64,000 nt of DNA, from NCBI GenBank assembly GCA_043228905.1, contig JBHGNT010000003.1, positions 19,344,001 through 19,408,000 on the forward strand. Reading direction: 5' to 3'. The translations under genes were made by a program, and so were the position numbers. The notes under the pieces are model-generated. The model searched no databases. It saw only the letters and a list, made by a program, of their open reading frames with translations, and was not told the DNA's origin. This document shows positions 1-13,300 of the stretch, piece after piece (position 1 is the stretch's first letter; each line of letters starts with the position of its first letter). The stretch is from Azolla caroliniana. Lineage: Eukaryota; Plantae; Polypodiophyta.

Positions 1-314
1 AGATAAACCTCGTCATGAGAATGTTCATATCCTAGGATTCAGGACATTCCTGAGAACCAAACTCAAGGGTATATGAGGGATTCTCTAATGTGAAATTGTA
101 TTTCTTCTCCTTGAAATTGCGATTCATCTGTGTACATTCTTTGAAACATTATACCTTTATAGATCAAATTTTGCATTGACAGAATCACAGGTGAACACAT
201 AAGGACACTAGAACAAAGAGGAATATTAATGTTTGATATCTATATATGATTTGCATAAGAAATCCATTAAAGGTTCAAAATATTTAAGAAGTTGTAACTT
301 GGCATGTTGTGCAG

Positions 315-3300
315 ATCCGAGCTGGAAATCTTAGCGGAGATTGCCACTTTAAGAGAGAGATGTTGAGGGGTTATTTTGATATTTGTAAACATCATCAGGT
401 AGGTCATGCTTGTGCTGATATAGATTTTATCTTTGTTTCGGAGTTTTATTTTTTGTACATAAATATCTAAATTTCACTTTCTATATTCTATATGGTGTTA
501 GAAATGCTAACAATGAATTCATATTGGCACTTGTTACGGATAGTTCCAAAGAACTTCCAGAGGGCTGTAATGCTCCAATCAAACTACCAATTTCACTTAT
601 CTCACCACTGTTGGAGGGTGGCAGCCCCAGACCTGCACTCTCTTTCATCTTTAATATCTCTCTTCCTAGATTATTCTCTCTCTAGAATCAGCAACTCTTT
701 AAATGCCTTCTTTCTAGAATCTGCATCGCTTTAAATGCCTTCTCTCTCTTCCACTTTTTCCAAGATATTCCCTCTTATTCCTAGTTTATTGTACCTGTTT
801 GGTAGTACAAGACTCACATAATTACCAAACAACCATTTCACCCACGTTCCCCAATTTTGTATAAATAGGCTATACCAGCCTCTTTTGTAAAGATTTTATT
901 TTTGCTGCTACTTCAAAAGAAGCTGCACTCTTTGGCTGCGTCTCTACTCTTTGCAACCATTTTTGCTATTGCTGTCTAACAGCCTTCTCACAGCTTGGCT
1001 GTGTCTATTTTGTTCTAACAATTGTTCCGCTGCTGTGACTTGACATCCATTTGAAAGATGGGCCATTTGTTATGAGCAGCAAGTGCAAGCGCACATCGAA
1101 TAGAGGTGTACCTTGCTGTTGGAGCAAAAGTTTCCTCGTAATCCACTCCTTCCACTTGTGAATAGCCTTAGGCAACTAGGCGTACCTTATGCTTATCCAA
1201 AATACCATCAACATGGTACTTGGTCTTGAAAATCCATTTCAATCCAATGACTTGCATATGTTGAGGCCGAGGGACCACCTCCCATGTATGATTCCGCTCA
1301 ATGGAATTAAGTTCAACTTCCATTGCTGCTTTCCACTTCAGAAGAAGAAGGGCCTCTTTTGCTGTTGTGGGTTCTTGTGATTGCACAACGGTGCTCAGTA
1401 AGGCAAAGTTGCACGAGTGAAGAGGACGTTGTGACCTACGTGTTCTTTTCATGTTGGTTGGAGAACCAAATGTATACTCATCAAGTTCAGCATCAGAGAG
1501 ATGGGAATCACGAATGGCGGCTGGAAGCCACTTGGGAAGTGGTGGAAGCTGGTGTGTAGAAAGAAAGAAAGAAAGAAAGATATATTAACGTCTTTTAAGA
1601 GGCCAAAATGGCCTGATTGGAGTTGAGGGAGAGGTTAGAATTGTTGGCGAATTTAGAGGTTGAGTACGAGGAGATGGGGGGCTTGAAGGTGAGACATCTT
1701 CGTCTGAAATAGGAGATTCCTAAGCAGCTGGGATTTCAACCGTGAACTAAGGTGAAAGCTTAGAGTCATCCAACTTAGACTCCACAAAATGAACATCCCT
1801 AGAGATGACGAGGGACTTTGATTCTAAATCCCATAACCTGTAGGCTTTAGATTGTGTGCTGTAACCAAGAAACTTGCATTTCTTGGTTTTGGACTCAAAT
1901 TTAGTACTTTTATGATTTGAAATGTGAACATACGAATCAGAACCAAAGACTTTAAAATGAACAACTCAGGGCATTTACACCTGTAAATGCTTCTACAGGG
2001 GTCATTGCAGCAACTGCTTTTGTTGGGCAGCAGTTGATGATATAGACTGCTGTGTTGACAGCTACACCCAAAACGAGAGAGGAAGATCAGATTGAGATAG
2101 CATTGTACGAGCCATCTCTTGGACTGTTTGGTTCTTCCTCTCCACAACACCATTTTGGTGAGGAGTATTGGGTGTAGAATATTGGCGAGCAATGCCTTGT
2201 TGAGAGCAAAAACGGTGGAAAGCTTGGGAGATAAACTATCCACCATTTTCAGACCTGATCTTTTGAACTTTCTTTGATGTCTTGTTCTCGACAGCTACCC
2301 ATTCTTGAAATTTAGTGAAGGCTTGAGATTTCTCTACAAGAAAATAAACCCAAACCTTGCGGGAGAAATCATCAATGATAAGCATGAAGTGGCGCGCACC
2401 ACCAAGAGTAGTGGTTTTCGTGGGATCACAAAGATCCATGTGCACCAACTCCAAGATAGATGTTGCACACTTCATGAGGGAAAGGCTCTCGATGTTGCTT
2501 GCCATGAAGACAAGCAACACATGGGGTATTGGGAGTTTTGAAAATAGGAAGACCCTCAACTAGCTGTGAAGGGGAGAGCTTTTGAAGAGAATTGTAGTTA
2601 AGATGGCTGAACCTAGCATGCCACAACATGGGATCTTCTTGTGCCACCAAGGCGTGAGAGCCTTGAAGAAGTTGAAGAAGATGAGATTTGGATTTTTCCA
2701 AGGGGCTATGGGAACTTTTCAGGTGATATAAACCCCCTTCTTAGAGAAATTTTATATAAATGAATAGAGATCTACTTAAGATTTCTCTTACTATAATAAA
2801 CCATTGAAACACATATAGAGCTTCCAAAACATTCTTTGTTGAGTACATGAGCAAAGATGGAAGGACATAGAATCCAGAGTGACAGTTTCTGAAATATCTG
2901 AAGGCAGAGTTATAGAAACTAAAAACAATTATGGCGTTTTAACACATAGGAGGGATTAAAGAAGTAGAAGCAATTCTGCAAAACAGAAGCTTACCACTAA
3001 AGATATACAAGGTGGGAGTGCACACATACACACACACATGTTCTATCCAAGATACATAGAATATGCTCTTAGAAGAAGAGCTTTGAATGCCTGATGAGAT
3101 AGCTAAGTCATGGCCTCATAAATATCTATTTAATGCTGAGTGGAATCTTGTCTAAGGATCCTATTCAAACTACAAAATATTCTTTTAGAAGTTGTAGTAC
3201 AGCTCTGAAAATGAAACTGTACAACTAGCAAAAATTAGAAAATATTAAATAATATAAACTCGTTTTTCTAGAGAAACCTAAAGGGCCTTTAATCCCAACA

Positions 3301-4273
3301 AAAGAGAGTAACAAAGATGTAGTCCCTAATGTAATCTCATTTCCTCTCCAAAACTGAATTTTGAGTTTTCATCTGGAAGAGTTTTTTTTGAATAAGGGGA
3401 TGCATACACTCTGCACATCAGAATCCGATGCTAACTGAACTTTCCACATGCTGATTATGGGGCTTGCTGATTTAGCTCCTCTGGTCTATGGACACTATTG
3501 GTGTTAGAGCTTCCAAAACATTCTCTGTTGAGCACATGAGCAAAGAGAGTAACTAAATTATAGTCTCTGGGATTTTCTCAAACGTGATTCCATTTTCTCT
3601 CCAAAACCGAATTTTTAGTTTTCGTCTGAAAGAGTTTTGTTAGAATAAGGGGATGCACACACCCCGCAGATCAGAATCTGATGCTAACTGAAGTGGCGAC
3701 ACGCTGATCCTGGGGCTTGCTGATGTAGCTTCTCTGGTCTATGGACATTGATGTTTGATCAGTTCTGGGTGGCCATGCAATTTCAAGAGTTTTGAGGATT
3801 ATTATCATTGTTATGTATTACATTTGCATAATCAACATTGTTATTGTCACTACGTGATCTTGCAACATTGCCATTATCACTATGCATTGTCATCATTAAT
3901 TTATTTTACTGGCATATATTCTTCTATATGCAAAATGACATGAAGCATTTTTGGAGAGTATATCCCTTATTAATTTCCCTTATTACTAGATGTACAGTCC
4001 TGTAAATTTTTTAAAGTCATACTTTGTTGGGGATTATAGCAGAAATTTTCTGGAGAGCATAATCAATTAAATGTTATGAGAAACATAGATATGGGCAAAA
4101 TCACTACACACTTCTCATATAACTTTAAACCTTTACAGGATTGTGTGCGACGGCGAGCCACAAAGTCAGTTTCGTTGAATCCATTTTGTTCGGGAGCTGC
4201 TGTCAAAGATTCTATTGACAAAGTCTGGGATACTTGCTACAAAGACACAAAGCCTTTTGATAAAGTTCCATAA
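315..4273 (+). CDS. ATP23: Mitochondrial inner membrane protease ATP23, last two exons (315-398, 4139-4273); 5' part lies outside the window
   Basis: Exon 315-398 (cag|...CAG|gt) reads [28 protein letters not shown]. Exon 4139-4273 (tacag|) reads [44 protein letters not shown]. Both are phase 0 and match the conserved C-terminus of plant ATP23 (IRAGHLSGDCH...CV.RR..KSV..NP.C...VWDTCY.DTKPFD), recognised from memory. Confidence 0.88.
496..1020. mobile_element. Putative LTR remnant in the ATP23 intron
   Basis: Begins TGTTAGAA and ends TTCTAACA (8-nt terminal inverted repeat), has TATAAATAG near 860 and abuts a truncated Copia RT. No TSD and no second copy seen. Confidence 0.4.
1036..2701 (-). 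mobile_element. Degenerate Ty1/Copia pol fragment (GAG-pre-integrase, integrase, RT N-terminus) in the ATP23 intron
   Basis: [11 protein letters not shown]; LELVHMDLC...[13 protein letters not shown]...IRSENGG; [22 protein letters not shown]...[22 protein letters not shown]...QMDVKS. Several stops and frameshifts. Confidence 0.9.
3301..3750. repeat. Diverged tandem duplication of about 200 bp (3301-3500 and 3542-3750)
   Basis: Both copies run AAAGAGAGTAAC...GAATAAGGGGATGCA...GGGGCTTGCTGAT...CTCTGGTCTATGGACA. The linker 3506-3546 also matches 2817-2857. Confidence 0.7.
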
Positions 4274-5675
4274 TTGTGAGGAAGCCCCTCCAAACATTTT
4301 TGGAGATAATGGGTAGAGAATGAGACAAATACTGTTATTAGGCACAACTCAGGTCTAAATTCTTTTGGGGAAGCTCTTATCCTCTCCCTGTCATTTTGTT
4401 CTCTGCTCTTATCACAGCAAAAGCAATAATGAGAAACTTTACACGTCATTTTCTTTAAAACGTTCTATACTTCTCTTCAATTGCTGTGGAATTGTGTAAA
4501 CTGCAATTTTTTCTCCTAGTTTTACCATGAGATGAAAAGCCATTAAGACCACATTGGTAGGAACAATGTAATTACATATACAGAACACGTACAGATGTGT
4601 GAATCCCATAGATTCTTTACTGTGATTGTGGCAAGACTGATCTACCCTCTCATATACAGGTGTACGTCAGTTTTTTCCCGATAAATATTCAATGAAAATA
4701 TGTTAGAAGAAATAGGTAGACCATCAACACTATATATTAGGTTATGATGTTATATTAAGAGTTTTTTCCTCTGTGCGTGCATCCATTGAAGAGCATCAAA
4801 ACACCCACTAAATTGAGGTACTATTAGTATAAGGTGAGCTTTGGTGAATTTTTATAAGCATATTCCACCTGCTTACGTTGATTGATTTCATTTTTATGCA
4901 TTAAGCCCTCATCATGTATCATTAAAAGACCAATATACATACTGTGCCTCATCTTATCATTCTTTGTGACTAGAGGATAAGAAATGAAGACTTACATGAA
5001 TTTGAAGAATCTGATGAAAAGAAAACAAAAACAAAAAAATATAAACAAGTCTCATAACATGCAATCTTCAGTTTCTATCATTTCTCTGAAAAACTATAGC
5101 ATGGCAACCCAATTGTCAATATATTGGAAAGAAGGCATAAAGAAGACCATCAAGACTTAAGTTAGTTCGTATCATTTTCTTCAAAGGTGACGGATGAACC
5201 AAGTACTTCCAGACTCTACGAGCATATCATCAGTTGCTTAGCATGAAGTGTATATTCATCAGCAATGTACACATTAAAATCATACCTCAACGTTAAGATA
5301 CAGGGAAGCATACATTGATATGTTCTCAAATCTGAAACAGTCTATTTTGTTGCAGGATAAACATATTTACAAACGCATGCATATAATGAAGAACATTTCA
5401 GCCTCTTCAGTATACAGGTGAAAGAAGTCCTCTTCAATATACAGGTTAAAGAACTCTGAACGCCAGCAAAGCCCATTGAGATATGGTTCACTGTACATTT
5501 TTACATCACTCTGACAGTAATTCTGTTTTGCTTGTGATAGAATAGACAATACACACGCACAAATAGAAGCTGAACCATTCTCCTCAGTAGCAGTCAAACT
5601 TCTGCACTTTTCTGAATGCAAAACATAGATCCATTTGTTCGATGAATTTTATTTCATTCAAGAGTACATCAACTA

Positions 5676-8600
5676 TCATCGTTCCTCTCTCTGTACTTTT
5701 GTTGGATCGGAAACCATATCCATCATTATTTTCTCGGGAGAATCAACCCAATTCCCCAAGTCAACCTGTCAAAGTCACGCAAAGGTCATGTCTTAATGTG
5801 AAGGAACCATTTTTTTTGTAGCAGTAGTAACCTATAGAAAATAATACCTTGCGTTTCTGTTCTACAAATAAATTCTTCCGTTCCTGTAATTTTGCTTGAT
5901 TCTCTCTTATTTCGGCTCCTCCCAAACCCCACACTTCAATTTCCAGCACCTTCCCTTCTATTGTAGCATATCCCTGTTTAGCAAACAATATTCAAAGAAA
6001 GTAACTTAATGTTACGCTTAGATTTCCAGCACCTTCTGTTCCATTGTATTGTCGTGTATCTTAAAACAACAAATGCAAATGCAAATGAAATTTATGGTAT
6101 ATTACTTCCTTTGGGAGGTGCTATAGCAGAGTAGTCTATTTAACTGATTTCTGGAAATACATGATATGTGCGTTAGCAGATAAGCCATACAGCTCACATG
6201 ACAAGTTTCGAATGAACAAATAATTAATTCGGTATCCCACCATCCTCAAGCTCAATAACAGCAAGAACGAAAGCATTTAAGAGGGCAGTAAATCTGAGGT
6301 AGATTCTACTCATGAATAAGATTATGTACTCATTGTTCACAAATTACTTTCAACATTCATTAAAATAATACCTACAATGAAGATTTTTTAATGGAACATC
6401 TCCCCAATGGTTATTTATGCGTAACACATGTTTTGCCAACTCTAGGTTGAGCTCTTGGATATTAAGACGAGATATTTTTTCGCAGTGCTTTTTGACATTC
6501 ATGGCACATTATAGAAAGAAAGAAAGATACTTACTTGGTCTGGAACTAAGTGGCCAGTTTCATATGTCTTATCAACAGCATGATGACGAACAGTCACACA
6601 CATGAAATCCTCATCGATCCATAATCTTTCTTTACCAATCTCCCCACCAAAACCAATTCCAGTTGTCCTCTTTAACTGTCCAAAATAACTTTTGTTGCTA
6701 GAGGCATGAGGAGAAGTATACATGAAGTTTGATGCAGTTCCTGTCAGAAAATTGTAACATTAGCTATCCAAAGGTAAGGTGCGCGTCACAACATAACTGT
6801 TATAAGATCAGCGAAAACATCAGGGCTTGTATTATCAATAGGAAACAATAATCAGACACTATAAAGAAACTAAATAAACAAATTTATAGCTTGAAAATTC
6901 AGATAGAATGCAAATCAAGCAATCATTCCTTGAGTAAGGTATACCTATTAGACATTGTCTGGATCTGTCCACTACATTTATAGCCACAATATTGACCCAA
7001 CTGAGGTTCTTTTCTCTAATTCTGGAGTCTCGACTCAAATTGTGGGCAGCTTGTTAATGCTTGGGAAATGGTAAAGTAATCTAGACTCTCTACATAGCTG
7101 CATGCATGTCCAAGAGTCCAAGATAATAATGGTTTGGCTTGATCAGGATTCATCTGATTCTGTCCACTAACATGCAATGGTTTAGAGGTAATGGCTAGAC
7201 AGACAAAGAAATACTTAGAGCAGGATACCCAATCAATTATTTACTTGAAAGTGTGAACCATAAAATACCACAAAACGTTTTTGGGAATTAGATGTTAAAC
7301 TTCTGAATTGGGGAATGTTTGCGCGAATAATCACCTATCTGTAATTATCTGATTATGAGGCGAGTTGATAACATAGGAGTTACCAGTGGAACGGAAGGGT
7401 TGCATTACTGGATCTAATGCAAAAATGCAGCATCCTTTACTTCCATAATAACCAAGCTTGCTCTCAAAACCATCTTTAATAAAAGCACCCACAAGCCAAG
7501 TCTTTTTCTTTCCTGAATTTTGTGCTACACTTTCTTCATTAGTGTTTCCTTGGATGAGCAATAGAACTGGTCCATGATAACCTTCCACATTTACCCAAAA
7601 TCTATTCATCCCTTTACCATGCGAAGAAGCTCTGCTTTGGATTAAAACAACAGGATATGATTTCATGTATAGTTATAGTGATGAACATATGCTCTCTAAA
7701 TACATCAGGAACAGAATTGAGTCTAATTGATTAAACCTGTATAGAAGATAAGAAATGTCCTCTTGTGGGTGAAAGGAATGAGACACTAGATTCTGACCAA
7801 TCGAATCAGGATGAGAAAGTCCAATAGCCCAAGCAACACCTGAGGTCAAAAGGCTATGTCCGGAAGTTAGAACATTCGATTGTGTTGTCGAAGAATTAGG
7901 ATCATGGGAAGAACCTTGGCATACTTCCATACTAGTTGTGACAGCATCATGTCGCTGATAATACATTCAAATGTAACTCTTAAGTAATCAGATACATACT
8001 TTAATAGCATATGCCACCATTGACAAAGTATTCTCAAAATGCAATAGTCTGAGGAAAACCTTATGCAATATGTTCCTACAATAACCAAGACACTTATGAT
8101 AATTCCTATATATGATGCATGAATATCCTCCTTGAGTAGAAAGGAGATACCTTAAACTTTGAAGCTTGTCTAAGTAATTGAGCTTGAACATACGTTGTAA
8201 GTGAGAGTGGAAGCCCTGGTGAAAGGAGAAGCATCCACTTGTAGATCTTTTCAATTGGAAGCTCATCGGTTGCAAAACATGCTTTTTGAGCAGATTTCAC
8301 AAGGGGCTGAATATCTGGTAATTCATGAACCAAACCTTGAACTGAATTTGTATCAGAATCACATCCCATAAGCCAAGATAGCCATAAAAAGTCTTGTAGC
8401 AGAGATACATTTATATGACCAGAAAAACTAATGTCATCGAGTTGGTTAAGGTTTTCAGTTGAGAAGCTACATGTGATGGGCAGTTCTGCTCGCTTTTGAA
8501 GATGACAGAAAAAACAAAGCATAAGTTTTAAGCTGCTGGAAATAGACCGATGGTGGCATTTCTCGACACCCTTCAAGAAACTCTGCCAACTAATCCTATC

Positions 8601-9081
8601 TCTGAATGGCATAAAAATCGTATCTATGACAGCTGATGCTAAATTCTGTTTCAATAACGTCAAATTGGATGTAGCTGAAGGGTCAGCCCATTCGATTCGA
8701 AGCTGAAAGCATTCCTGCGATAATGTAAACACAAAGGAGACACTTAATTGCTCCTAAATTACGAGAGAATGGAACATCTCATTACTCCTAGATTCTAGTT
8801 CAGCGAAACAAGTAACATTACGGAGATTTTTTCTATTTTTAAAGCAATCCAGTAGAGAAGCTAGTTTTATGATGATGACGATGCGCTTTGATTTGCACCT
8901 GGAGAAGGAGAGGATCGATAGATTCTGCAGAGATAGAGGAGGAGGACGATGATGATGATGAGAAACCATGGAAAACAGTGCGAAGATCAGACAGGAGACC
9001 AATGCTGGAGAATCTAGACTCCATCGCCTTGATCTCTGTCTGGGCTGATTCTCCATGCGGGCGGGATGCTCCGCCCCCCAT
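5676..9081 (-). CDS. TLDc-domain protein (OXR/Rtc5-like family), 7 exons, 544 aa
   Basis: Exons 9081-8899, 8714-8151, 7954-7737, 7631-7384, 6740-6535, 5973-5848, 5765-5676; all GT-AG, phases consistent, total 1635 nt. TLDc motifs LLYRASSHGKGMNRFWVNVEGYHGPVLLLI, GIGFGG...RLWIDEDF, EIEVWGLGG; C-terminus WVDSPEKIMMDMV...REER; N-terminus MGGGAS is a possible myristoylation site. Confidence 0.9.
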
Positions 9082-9219
9082 GTCTGCTCAGTCAGTCCGT
9101 TCTTCTTCCCTATGGAATCGCCCACGAGCAGAGCAGAACAGAGCAGAACAGAGCAGAAAAGAGAAGAAAACAGAAGAGAAGAGAGAAAACCCTTCCTTCT
9201 TCAGAAATGACCCTGACCA

Positions 9220-9625
9220 ATTTTCTACTCTATTTACAGAAATGCCCTTCCTTACCTTTTCTACTCTATTTACAGAAATGACAATTTTCTACTCTATTTA
9301 CAGAAATGACAATTTCTACTCTATTTACAGAAATGCCCTTCCTTACCTTTTATCTCCATCTACAGAAATGGCAATTTTCCACTCTATTTACAGAAATGCC
9401 CTTCCTTACCTTTTCTCTCCATCTACCGAAATGGCAATTTTCTACTCTATTTACATAAATGCCCTTCCTTACCTTTTCTCTCCATCTACAGAAATGGCAA
9501 TTTTCCACTCTATTTACAAAAATGCCCTTCCTTACCTTTTCTCTCCATCTACCGAAATGGCAATTTTCTACTCTATTTACAGAAATGCCCTTACCTTACC
9601 TTTTCTCTCCATCTACAGAAATGGC
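9220..9625. repeat. Minisatellite (63-nt unit, about 4.5 copies, plus shorter subunits) upstream of the TLDc start codon
   Basis: Unit TACAGAAATGGCAATTTTC(C/T)ACTCTATTTACAGAAATGCCCTTCCTTACCTTTTCTCTCCATC starts at 9361, 9424, 9487 and 9550. Confidence 0.9.
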
Positions 9626-10393
9626 CTCCTGAATGAAATTTAGCTGAAAGGGTGACAATATTTTTACCCTTATTGTTGCAAATATAAAGGCAAAAGGCAA
9701 CCCATCATCCGATGCTAGCCAAAGAAACACGTCTGCAATACATACATAGAAGATGAGATTGGCTTAAATGTATCCAACATTCCATGCCACCATCGTTACA
9801 ACTTACAGTTATAGAGTGTAAATTGGGCCATGTGCATACTACATATGCTCTATCTTCAATCAACATATGATATCCATCATTGGCATGCACAACGCAGAAC
9901 ATATTTTCTAAACATTGATTAATAAAAACCTGAGGTAAGGGCACAAATAAACAATGCAAATATTGATCGCCAAGTATAATAATATCTAAGAGATATTACA
10001 AAACTTAGCTTCCACAATGCCCTCATGCCATTATCTAGTTGCATAACTCTAAGATAACATTTTACAAGGATCAGGAAAGGAAAGGACAAGGAAAGTCAAG
10101 CGGACATTGGGAATAGTGAATTGCAAAAAATGTTCGCACGGATTGAGGTTGGAAATCCCTCGACTGTGGGAGTTGAGTTTGTTATTGTAAAGAATCGGGT
10201 ATGATTCTTGTGTAGCGGAAGAGATGTGTGTTATGTGTATTGTGAGAGAAATTAGAGAAGAGAATAGAAACACAAGATAGATAAGCTAGAGAAATGAAAT
10301 ACTCAAGAAGAAGATGTATATTCACAAGTAGAATGAGAAATACAAAATGTAGCATTACAAGGAGTCACAACCGACTTAGTATGAAGCATGAGG

Positions 10394-13300
10394 TGTCGAA
10401 TACATGTGTATAATGGACGTATTCACACTATCCCGTTTTGGCCATTTATGTAATTAGCATAAAGGGTAGTTGCCCTAAGTCGGTCACTATATATAGTGAC
10501 CTTGTAACCTTTTTGTAAGGTTGGGTGTTGTATTATTGCTTTATGGAATAAGGAGTCTTTTTGTGCCTCTCTGTCTCTGTCTCTCTCTCTCTCTGTGCAA
10601 CGACCTACAAACTGTCATACGCAGGTATTCAGAACACAATCAAATGCTACTTGATCTTCCGCAAAGACGACTTTGTCTCCAACATCTGGTATCAGAGCCT
10701 GCACAGTAGTCGGTCCTTCAATCCGCTGTCGGCCATCGTCTCAGCATTCGGTTTCCTGCGTCATTCGAAGAAGAGAGAAGAAGAAGAAAAACGAGGCCTG
10801 CATCTCATCGCGTTAGATCATCTTTGCTTGGAGTAAGCCAGCAGGTTGTACTCCGTTCCTTGTGATCGTAACCGCTCGAGGTGAAATCCCCTTGTGCAAC
10901 TTTGACACGATCGTGCTCCATTCGGTTAAACGGCATCCGAAGAGGTCATCAAACGCTGCTCGCCGCTCATTGTAACCACTCGGTGCAGATCGGTCTCAAG
11001 ACAACAACCCCAATTCGTGCTTCATCCGGCTGATCGACATTCGAGAGGATCAGTTGGATCCATCTCTCTCGTCGCTGCAGTCACCCGAAGCCGAATCGGT
11101 CCAGATAATCGGTTTCAATAATCGGTATTCGGCATATATATCCGAAACGAACCGGGCTCACTCCGACTCGGGAACATTCGGGAAGACCAGTCGGTTCTGT
11201 CCCTCAAGCTACCGGAGTCAATTCGAGCAAGTTCCGAAGCCGAACCGACTCGGGTTCAAATCCGACTAGAACGATATCGGGTGAGCCAACCGGCTGCACT
11301 CCAACAAGGTTCGTAGTCAACTCCGAACCGAGCTTCGTCAACCGAAACCAAATTTGATGGCGTCAACATCCGGCTCGTCAGAAATGAGTCTACGAAAGTT
11401 CGATTTATCGAACTTCAACTTCTGGAAGGAACAAATGCAGGACTATCTCATAGTCAAGGGGCAAATCGACCCCATCGAAAATGAAGAACCTCCAGAAGGA
11501 TACAAACCAATTGAGTGGCAGAAGCTGGACAGAATCGTCCGCGCCACGATTCGGATGCACCTATCGGAATCGGTATACTTTACGGTGCAATCGTGTACGA
11601 CAGCATTCGAACTGTGGAAAACACTGTCGGACACTTACGAAAAGAAGGTCGCCGCAACGAAGATGTTTCTGATCCGGCGCCTCTACAACTTGCGGATGAA
11701 AGAATCCGATTCGGTCCAAGCACACCTCAATGAGTACGAAAGCATAAGCTCCCAAATCTCGTCACAGGGGACGGCAATCGAGGATGAACTCAGAGCAATG
11801 ATACTCATGAGCAGCCTTCCCTCATCATGGGAAACTTTCGTCACAACCGTGTGCAACGCGTCAACCACGGCTGTTAAATACTCCGAAGTCACGAGCGCAA
11901 TCCTGACCGAAGCAGCTCGGAGAAAGTCTTTCGCCAAAGACTCAACAGACGACGCTTACGTAGTACAAGGTTCGACAGACCGATCGAACATACGAGGAAG
12001 AGATTCCTCACGGCCGCCGAACAATCAGCGAAGACGGAACCAATCACGGGATAACCGAATCTGCAACTATTGCAAGAAACCCGGACACATCAAAGCCGAC
12101 TGCCGCGCACTCAAGAACAAGAACAACAAGAAGAGTGGCCGGCATGAGGAGATCAATTACGTCAGCTTCTCAGCGGATGTACTACCGGACGACCCGAATA
12201 TACTATCAATCGAAAATCCAGTCGGATCAGAAGTTCTACTCACGACTGAAGAATCGAGCACATGGCTCTTAGATTCGGGCGCGTCATTTCACGTGACTCC
12301 TCATCGATCCCAATTTCGGCAATATACGATCCGTCACTCCGACTCAGTTCGAGTCGGCAACTCACAACACTGTGACATCATTGGAATCGGCACAGTAGAG
12401 CTCAACCTTGCAGGTGGCTCTACACTTGTACTCCACAATGTCTGACATGTACCCGAGCTCTCAAGGCCATTGATCTCAGTCGGACAACTAGATGAAGACG
12501 GCATTCGTGCCGGTTTTTCTTCGGGAGGGTGGACACTCCACAGGGGGAACCTCCTGCTTGCTAGAGGACCCAAGATACACTCCCTGTATCCGTTACATGT
12601 TACGCTCAGAGAGGGTAACCTGTTTTTGGTGGATATTCCTGTGTCATCACTATGGCACCGAAGATTAGGACACCTCAGCAAGGCCGGCATCACGCATCTA
12701 TCTAGAGCCGGATACATCCCCAAACTCTCCTTCTCGGACCATCAATTCTGCGAGCATTGCCAGTATGGCAAACAAGCAGCCGCATCACACCCGACATCAG
12801 CACCAAGAGAAACGAGACCTCTTGATTTGGTCCACTCGGACGTCTGTGGCCCAATGCCGCATCAGTCTCTCGGCGGTGCCTCTTACTTCGTCACTTTTAT
12901 TGACGATTCAACTCGAAAGGTGTGGGCTTATCCAATTCGCACCAAAGATCGGGTCTTCTCGATCTTCACCGATTGGCTCGCTATGGTAGAAAGTCAAACC
13001 GACCGAAAGCTGAAATGCTTTCGGACAGACAATGGGGGAGAGTTTAAATCCGAAGAATTCGTCAAATTCTGCCGACAACGCGGCATCCGACGTGAATTTA
13101 CGGCACCACACAGTCCGGAGCAAAACGGGATTGCCGAACGCATGAATCGGACAATCCAAGAACGGACAGTTTCCATGCTCCAACACTCCGGACTGTCGGA
13201 TGGCTTCTGGGCAGAGGCTCTACTCACGGCAGTACACATAATCAATATGTCGCCAAGTAGACCTCTAGGACTTCAAATTCCTCAGGAACTATGGATCGGC

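Noticed and set aside
8888-9643. 251-aa plus-strand ORF with SPSTEMAIF repeats
   Set aside because: It is antisense to TLDc exon 1 plus translation of a 63-nt minisatellite whose unit is a multiple of 3; no protein features.
12443-12451. Programmed stop-codon readthrough in the Copia polyprotein
   Set aside because: The stop falls inside the protease region at a normally Arg position and lacks a CARYYA context; a point mutation is simpler.
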